This document shows, in pieces, positions 52,901-61,900 of a DNA stretch of 64,000 nucleotides. A program made the translations under genes and the position numbers. A model generated the notes under the pieces. It saw only the letters and a program-made list of their open reading frames with translations. It did not search any database and had not been told where the DNA came from. Location of the stretch: assembly GCF_009914755.1 (NCBI RefSeq), contig NC_060933.1. One strand, 5' to 3'. Position 1 is the first letter of the stretch. Each line of letters begins with the position of its first letter. The DNA comes from the human T2T-CHM13v2.0 reference genome, Homo sapiens.

Positions 52901-55900
52901 ATGGAATGGAATCATCCGGAATTGAATGGAATGGAATGTAATGGAATGGAATCAACCCCAGTGCAATGGAATGGAGAAGAATGGAATGGAATGGAATGGA
53001 ACAACACGAATGGAATGGAATGTAATGGAGAGTAAGGGAGTTGAATAGAATCAACCCGAATGTAATGGAATGGAATGGAACGTAATGGAATGGAATGGAA
53101 TGCAATGGAATGGAATCAACCCGAGTACAATGGAATAGAATGGAATGGAATGGAATGGAATGGAATGGAATGGAATGGAATGGAATGGAATCAACCCGAG
53201 TGCAATGGAATGGAGAGGAATGGAATGGAATGGAATGGAAACTACCCGAATGGGATGGAATGTAATGAAGTGTAAGGGAATTGAATAGAATCAATCCGAA
53301 TGTAATGGAATGGAATGGAACGGAATGGAATGGAATGGAATGGAATGGAATGGAATGCAATGGAATGGATTCAACCCGAGTGCAATCGAATGGAATCGAA
53401 TTGAATGGAATGCAATGGAATGGATTCAACTTGAATGGAATGGAAAGAATGGAATCAACACGAGTGGAATGGCATGGAATGGAATGGAATGGAATGGAAT
53501 CAACCCGAGTACAGGGGAATGTAATGGAATGGAATGCAATGGAATGGAATCATCCGTAATGTAATGGAAAGGAATGGAATGGAATGGAATGGAATGGAAT
53601 GGAATGGAATGGAATGGAATGGAATCAACTCGATTGCAATCGAATGGAATGGAATGGAATTAACCCGAATAGAATGGAATGGAATGGAACGGAACGGAAC
53701 GGAACGGAATGGAATGGAATGGATTGGAACGGAACGGAAGGGAATGGAATGGAATGGAATGGAATGGAATGGAATGGAATGGAATGGAATCAACGCGAAT
53801 GCAGGGGAATGTAATGGAATGGATTGCAATGGAATGGAATCTTCCGGAATGGAATGGAATGGAATGGAATGGAATGGAATGCAATGGATTCAACTCGATT
53901 GCAATGGAATGGAATAGAATGGAATGGAATGGAACGGAATGCAATTAACCCGAATAGAATGGAATGGAATGGAGTGGAACGGAACGGAACGGAACGGAAT
54001 GGAATGGAATGGAATGGAATGCAATGGAATTGTATGGAATGGAATGGAATGGTACGGAATAGAATGGAATGGAAAGAATTGGAATGGAATGGAATCGAAT
54101 GGAATGGAATGGAATGGAATGGAATCAACCCGAGTGCAGGGGAATGTAATGGAATGGAATGCAATGGAATGGAATCATCCGGAATGGAATGGAATGGAAT
54201 GGAATGGAATCAACCCGAGTGCAATGGAAAGGAGTGGAATGGAATGGAATGGAATGGAACAACCCGAATGGAATGGAATGTAATGGAGAGTAAAGGAGTT
54301 GAATAGAATCAATCCGAATGTAAACGAATGGAATGGAACGGAATGGAAAGGAATGGAATGCAATGGAATGGAATCAACCCGAGTACAATGGAATGGAATG
54401 GAATGGAATGGAATGGAATGGAATGGAATGGAATCAACCCGAGTGCAATGGAATAGAGAGGAATGGAATGGAAAGGAATGGAAACTACCCGAATGGAATG
54501 GAATGTATTGGAGTGTAAGGGAATTGAATAGAAACAATCCGAATGGAATGGAATGGAATGGAACGGAATGGAATGGAATGGAATGGAATGGAATCAACCC
54601 GAGTGCAGGGGAAAGGAATGGAATGGAATGCAATGGAATGGAATGGAATGGAATGGAATGGAATCAACTCGATTGCAATCGAATGGAATGGAATGGAATT
54701 ACCCCGAATAGAATGGAATGGAATGGAATGGAACGGAACGGAATGGAATGGAATGGAATGCAATGGAATGGAATGGAATGGAACGGAAAGGAATGGAATG
54801 GAATGGAATGGAATGGAATATAATGTAATGGAATGGAATGGAATGGAATCAACGCGAGTGCAGGGGAATGGAATGGAATCGAATTTAATGGAATGGAATG
54901 GAATGGAATCAACCCGAGTGCAGGGGAATGTAATGGAACTGAATGCAATGGAATGGAATCATCCGGAATGGAATGGAATGGAATGGAATGGAATCAACCC
55001 GAGTGCAATGGAATGGAGTGGAATGGAATGGAATGGAATGGAACAACCCGAGTGGAATGGAATGTAATGGAGAGTAAGGGAGTTGAAAAGAATCAATCCG
55101 AATGTAATGGAATGGAATGGAACGGAATGGATTGGAATGGAATGGAATGCAATGGAATGGAATCAACCCTAGTGCAATCGAATGGAATCGAAAGGAATGG
55201 AATGCAATGGAATGGATTCAACTTGAATGGAATGGAAAGAATGGAATCAACACGAGTGGAATGGCATGGATTGGAATGGAATGGAATGGAATCAACCCGA
55301 GTACAGGGGAATGTAATGGAATGCAATGCAGTGGAATGGAATCATCCGTAATGGAATGGAAATGAATGGAATGGAAAGGAATGGAATGGAATGGAATGGA
55401 ATGGAATGGAATGGAATGGAATAGAATCAACTCGATTGCAATCGAATGGAATGGAATGGAATTAACCCGAATAGAATGCAATGGAATGGAATGGAACGCA
55501 ACGGAATGGAATGGAATGGAATGGAATGGAATGGAATGGAACCGAACGGAACGGAATGGAATGGAATGGAATGGAATGGAATGGAATCTTCCGGAATGGA
55601 ATGGAATGGAATGGAATGCAATGGATTCAACTCGATTGGAATGGAATGGAATAGAATGGAATGGAATGGAATGGAATGGAATGGAATTAACCCGAATAGA
55701 ATAGAATGGAATGGAATGGAACGGAATGGAACGGAACGGAATGGAATGGAATGGAATGGAATGGAATGGAATGGAATGGTATGGAATGGAATGGAATGGA
55801 ATGGAATCAACGCGAGTGCAGGGGAATGTAATGGAACGGAATGCAATGGAATGGAATCATCCGGAATGGAATGGAATGGAATGGAATCAACCCGAGTGCA

Positions 55901-58900
55901 ATGGAATGGAGTGGAATGGAATGGAATGGAATGGAACAACCCGAATGGAATGGAATGTAATGGAGAGTAAGGGAGTTGAATAGAATCAATCCGAATGTAA
56001 TGGAATGGAATGGAACGGAATGGAATGGAATGGAATGGAATGGAATGCGATGGAATGGAATCAACCCGAATACAATGGAATGGAATGGAATGGAATGGAA
56101 TGGAATGGAATGGAATGGAATGGAATGGAGTGGAATTGAATGGAATGGAATGGCTTCAAACCGAATGGAAGGGAAAGGAATGGAATCAACACGATTGGAA
56201 TGGAATGGAATGGAATGGAATGGAAAGGTACGGAATAAAATGGAATTGAACGAAATGGAATGGAATGGAATGGAATGGAATGGAATGGAATGGAATGGAA
56301 TGGAGTGGAATCGTTCTGAGTGGAATAGGAGGGAATGTATTCGAGTGGAATGGAAAGGAATGGAATGAACCAGAGAGGAATGGAAGGGAATGGAATGGAA
56401 TGGAAACTAATAGAATGGAATCAACCCGAGTGGAATGGAATGGAAAGGAATGGAATGGAATGGAATGGAATGGAATGGAATGGAATGGAATCAACTCGAT
56501 TGTAATGGAATGGAATGGAATGGAATGGAATGGAATGGAATGGAATTAACCCGAATACAATGGAATGGAATGCAATGGAACGGAATGGAGTGGAATGGAA
56601 TGGAATCAAACCGAGTGCAGGGGAATGGAATGGAATGGAATGCAATGGAATGGAATCATCTGGAATGGAATGGAATGGAATGGAATGCAAAGCAATGGAA
56701 TCAACTCGATTGCAATGGAATAGAATGGAATGGAATGGAATGGAATGGAATGGAATGGAATGGAATGGAAAGAACCCAATGCAATGGAATGGAATGGAAT
56801 GGAATGGAAACATCCCGAAAGGAAAGGAATGTAATGGAGTGTAAGGGAATTGAATAGAATCAGTCCGAATGTAATGGAATGGAATGGAATGAAATGGAAT
56901 GGAACGGAATGGAATGGAATCAACCCGAGTGCAATGGAAAGGATTCGAATGGAATGGAATGGAATGGAATGGATTCAACAAGAATGGAATGGAAAGGAAT
57001 GGAATCAACCCGAGTGTAATGGCATGGAATGGAATGGAATGGAATGGAATGGGATGGAATGGAATGGTACGGAATAGAATGGAACTGAATGAAATGGAAT
57101 GGAATGGAATGGAATGGAATGGATTGGAATGGAATGGAATGGAATGGAATGAACCCGTGTGCAATGTAATGTAATGGAATGGAATGGAATGGATTCAACT
57201 CGAATGGAATCAACTCGATTGCAATGGAATGGAATGGAATGGAAAGGAATAGAATGGAATCAACCCTGGTGGAAAGGAATGCAAAGGACTGGAATGGAGT
57301 GGAATGGAATGGAATGGAATTAACCCGAATAGAATGGAATGGAATGGAATGGAACGGAATGTAATGGAATGGAATGGAATGGATTCAACCCGAGTGCAGG
57401 GGAATGGAATGGAATGGAATGCAATGGAATGGAATCATCCGGAATGGAAAGGAATGGAATGGAATGGAATCAACTCGATTTCAATGGAATGGAATGGAAT
57501 AGAATGGAATGGAATTAACACGAATACAATGGAATGGAATGGAATGGAATGGAATGGAACGGAAAGGAATGGAATGGAATGGAATGGAATCAACCCAAGT
57601 GGAGGGGAATGGAATGGAATGGAATTCAATGGAATGGAATCATCCGGAATGGAATGGAATGGAATGGAATGGAATGGAATGGAATCAACCCGAGTGCAAT
57701 GGAATGGAAAGGAATGGAATGGAATGGAATGGAAACTACCCGAATGGAATGGAATGTAATGGAGTGTAAGGGAATTGAATGGAATCAATCCGAATGTAAT
57801 GGAATGGAATGGAACGGAATGGAATGGAATGGAATGGAATGGAATGGAATGCAATGGAATGGAATCAACACGAGTGCAATCGAATGGAATCGAATGGAAT
57901 GGAATGCAATGGAATGGATTCAACTTGAATGGAATGGAAAGAATGGAATCAACACGAGTGGAGTGGCATGGAATGGAATGGAATGGAATGGAATCACCCC
58001 GAGTACAGGGGAATGGAATGGAATGGAATGCAATGGAATGGAATCATCCGGAATGGAATGGAATGGAATGGAATGGAATCAACCCGAGTGCAATGGAATG
58101 GAGTGAAATGGAATGGAATGGAATGGAAACAACCAGAATGGATTGGAATATAATGGAGTGTAAGGGAATTGAATAGAGTCAATCTGAATGTAATGAAATG
58201 GAATGGAACGGAATGGAATGGGATGGAATGGAACGGAATGCAATGGAATGGAATCAACCCGAGTGCAATCGAATGGAATCGAATGGAATGGAATGCAAAG
58301 GAATGGATTCAACTTGAATGGAATGGAAAGAATGGAGTCAACACGAGTGGAATGGCCTGGATTGGAATGGAATGGAATGGAATCAACCCGAGTACAGGGG
58401 AATGGAATGGAATGCAATGCAATGGAATGGAATCATCCGTAATGGAAAGGAAAGGAATGGAATGGAATGGAATGGAATGGAATGGATTGGAATGGAATGG
58501 ATTGGAATGCAATGGAATGGAATTAACCCGAGTGCAATCGAATGGAATCGAACGGAATGGAATACAATGGAATGGATTCAACTTAAATGGAATGGAAAGA
58601 ATGGAATCAACACGAGTGGAATGGCATGGAATGGAATGGAATGGAACGGAATCAACCCGAGTACAGGGGAATGGAATGGAATGGAATGCAATGGAATGGA
58701 ATCATCCGTAATGTAATAGAAAGGAATGGAATGGAATGGAATGGAATGGAATGGAATGGAATGGAATGGAATCAACTCCATTGCAATCGAATGGAATGGA
58801 ATGGAATTAACCCGAATAGAATGGAATGGAATGGAATGGAACGGAACGGAATGGAATGGAATGGAATGGAATGGAACGGAACGGAAGGGATTGGAATGGA

Positions 58901-61900
58901 ATGGCATGGAATGGAATGGAAGCAACGGGAGTGCCGGGGAATGGAATGGAATGGAATGCAATGGAATGGAATCTTCCGGAATGGAATGGAATGGAATGGA
59001 ATGGAATGGAATGAAATGCAATGGATTCAACTCGATTGCAATGGAATGGAATAGAATGGAATGGAATGGAATGGAATGGAATTAACCCGAATAGAATGGA
59101 ATGGAATGGAATGAAACGGAATGGAACGGAATGGAATGGAATGGAATGGAATGGAAAGGAATGGTATGGAATGGAATGGAATGGTACGGAATAGAATGAA
59201 ATGGAAAGAATTGTAATGGAATGGAATTGAATGGAATGGAATGGAATGGAATGGAATCAACGCGAGTGCAGGGGAATGTAATGGAAAGGAATGCAATGGA
59301 ATGGAATCATCCAGAATGGAATGGAATGGAATGGAATGGCTTCAAACCGAATGGAATGGATAGGAATGGAATCAACACGAGTGGAATGGAATGGAATGGA
59401 ATGGAATGGAATGCAATGGAATGGTACGGAATAGAATAGAATGGATTGAAATGGAATGGAATGGAATGGAATGGAATGGAATGGATTGGAATGAACCCGT
59501 GTGCAATGGAATGGAATGGAATGGAATGGAATGGATTCAACTCGATGGAATCAACTCGATTGCAATGCAATGGAATGGAATGGAAAGGAATAGAATGGAA
59601 TCAACCCGAGTGGAATGGAATGCAAAGGACTGGAATGGAGTGGAATGGAATTCAATGTAATTAACACGAATAGAATGTAATGGAATAGAATGGAACGGAA
59701 GGTAACCGAATGGAATGGAAAGGAATCAACCCGAGTGCAGGGGAATGGAATGGAATGGAATGCAATGGAATGGAATCATCCGGAATAGAATGGAATGGAA
59801 TGGAATGGAATGGAATGCAATCAACTCGATTTCAAAGGAATGGAATGGAATAGAATGGAATGGAATGGAATGGAATGGAACAGAAAGGAATGGAATGGAA
59901 TGGAATGGAATCAACCCAAGTGCAGGGGAATGGAATGGAATGGAATTCAATGGAATGGAATCATCCGGAATGGAATGGAATGGAATGGAATGGAATGGAA
60001 TGGAATGGAATCAACCCGAGTGCAATGGAATGGAGAGGAAAGGAATGGAATGGAATGGAAACTACCCGAATGGAATGGAATGTAATGGAGTGTAAGGGAA
60101 TTGAATAGAATGAACCCGAATGGAATGGAATGGAATGGAATGGAACGGAAGGGAACGGAACGGAACGGAATGGAATGGAATGGAATGGAATGGAACGGAA
60201 CGGAACGGAATGGAATGGAATGGAATGCAATGGAATGGAATGGAAAAGAATCAACGCGAGTGTAGGGGAATGGAATGGAATGGAATGCAATGGAATGTAA
60301 ACTTCCGGAATGGAATGGAATGGAATAGAATGGAATGGAATGGAATCGAATGGAATCAACCCGAGTACAGGGGAATGGAATGGAATGGAATGCAATGGAA
60401 TGGAATGATCCGTAATGGAATGGAAAGGAATGAAATGGAATGGAATGGAATGGAATGGAATGGAATGGAATCAACTCGATAGCAATTGAATGGAATGGAA
60501 TGGAATTAACCCAAATAGAATGGAATGGAATGGAACGGAGTGGAACGGAATGGAATGGAAAGGAATGCAATGGAATGGAATGGAACGGAACGGAATGGAA
60601 TGGAATGGAATGCAATGGAACGTAATCAACGCGAGTGCAGGGGAATGGAATGGAATGGAATGCAATGGTATGGAATCTTCTGGAATGGAATGGAATGGAA
60701 TAGAATGGAATGCAATGGTTTCAACTCGATTGCAATGGAATGGAATAGAATGGAAAGGAATGGAATGGAATGGAATTAACCCGAATAGAATGGAATGGAA
60801 TGGTATGGAACGCAACGGAACGGAAGGGAACGGAAAGGAATGGAATGGAATGGAATGGAATGAAATGGAATGGAATGGAACGGAATGAACCCGTGTGCAA
60901 TGGAATGGAATGGAATGGAATGGAATGGAATGGAATGGAATGGAATGGAATGGAATGGATTCAACTCGAATGGAATGGAAAGGAATGGAATCAACCCGAG
61001 CGGAACGGCATGGCATGGAATGGAATGGAACGGAATGGAGTGGAATGGAATGGAATGGTACGGAATGGAATGGAATTAACCCGAATACAATGGAATGGAA
61101 TGGAATGGAATGGAATGGAATGGAATGGAATGAACCCGTGTGCAATGGAATGGAATGGAATGGAATGGAATGGAATGGATTCAACTCGAATGGAATCAAC
61201 TCGATTGCAATGGAATGGAATGGAATGGAAAGGAATAGAATGGAATCAACCCGAGTGGAATGGAATGGAAAGGACTGGAATGGAGTGGAATGGAATGGAA
61301 TGGAATGGAATCAAATCGATTGGATTGGAATGGATTCGAATGGAATGGAATGGAATGGAATCAACTCGATTGCGATGGAATGGAATGGAATGGAATGGAA
61401 TTAACCTGAATAGAATGGAATAGAATGGAACGGAAAGGAATGTAATGGAATGGAATGGAATGGAATCAAGCCGAGTGCAGGGGAATGGAATGGAATGGAA
61501 TGCAATGGAATGGAATCATCCGGAATGGAATGGAATGGAATGGAATGGAATGGAATGGAATGGAATCAACTCGATTTCAATGGAATGGAATGGAATAGAA
61601 TGGTATGGAATTAACACGAATAGAATGGAATGGAATGGAATGGAATGGAACGGAAAGGAATGGAATGGAACGGAATGGAATCAACCCAAGTGCAGGGGAA
61701 TGGAATGGAATGGAATTCAATGGAATGCAATCATCCGGAATGGAATGGAATGGAATGGAATGGAATGGAATGGAATGGAATGGAATCAACCCGAGTGCAA
61801 TGGAATGGAGTGGAATGGAATGGAATGGAATGAAACAACCCGAATGGAATGGAATGTAATGGAGTGTAAGGGAATTGAATAGAATCAATCCGAATGTAAT

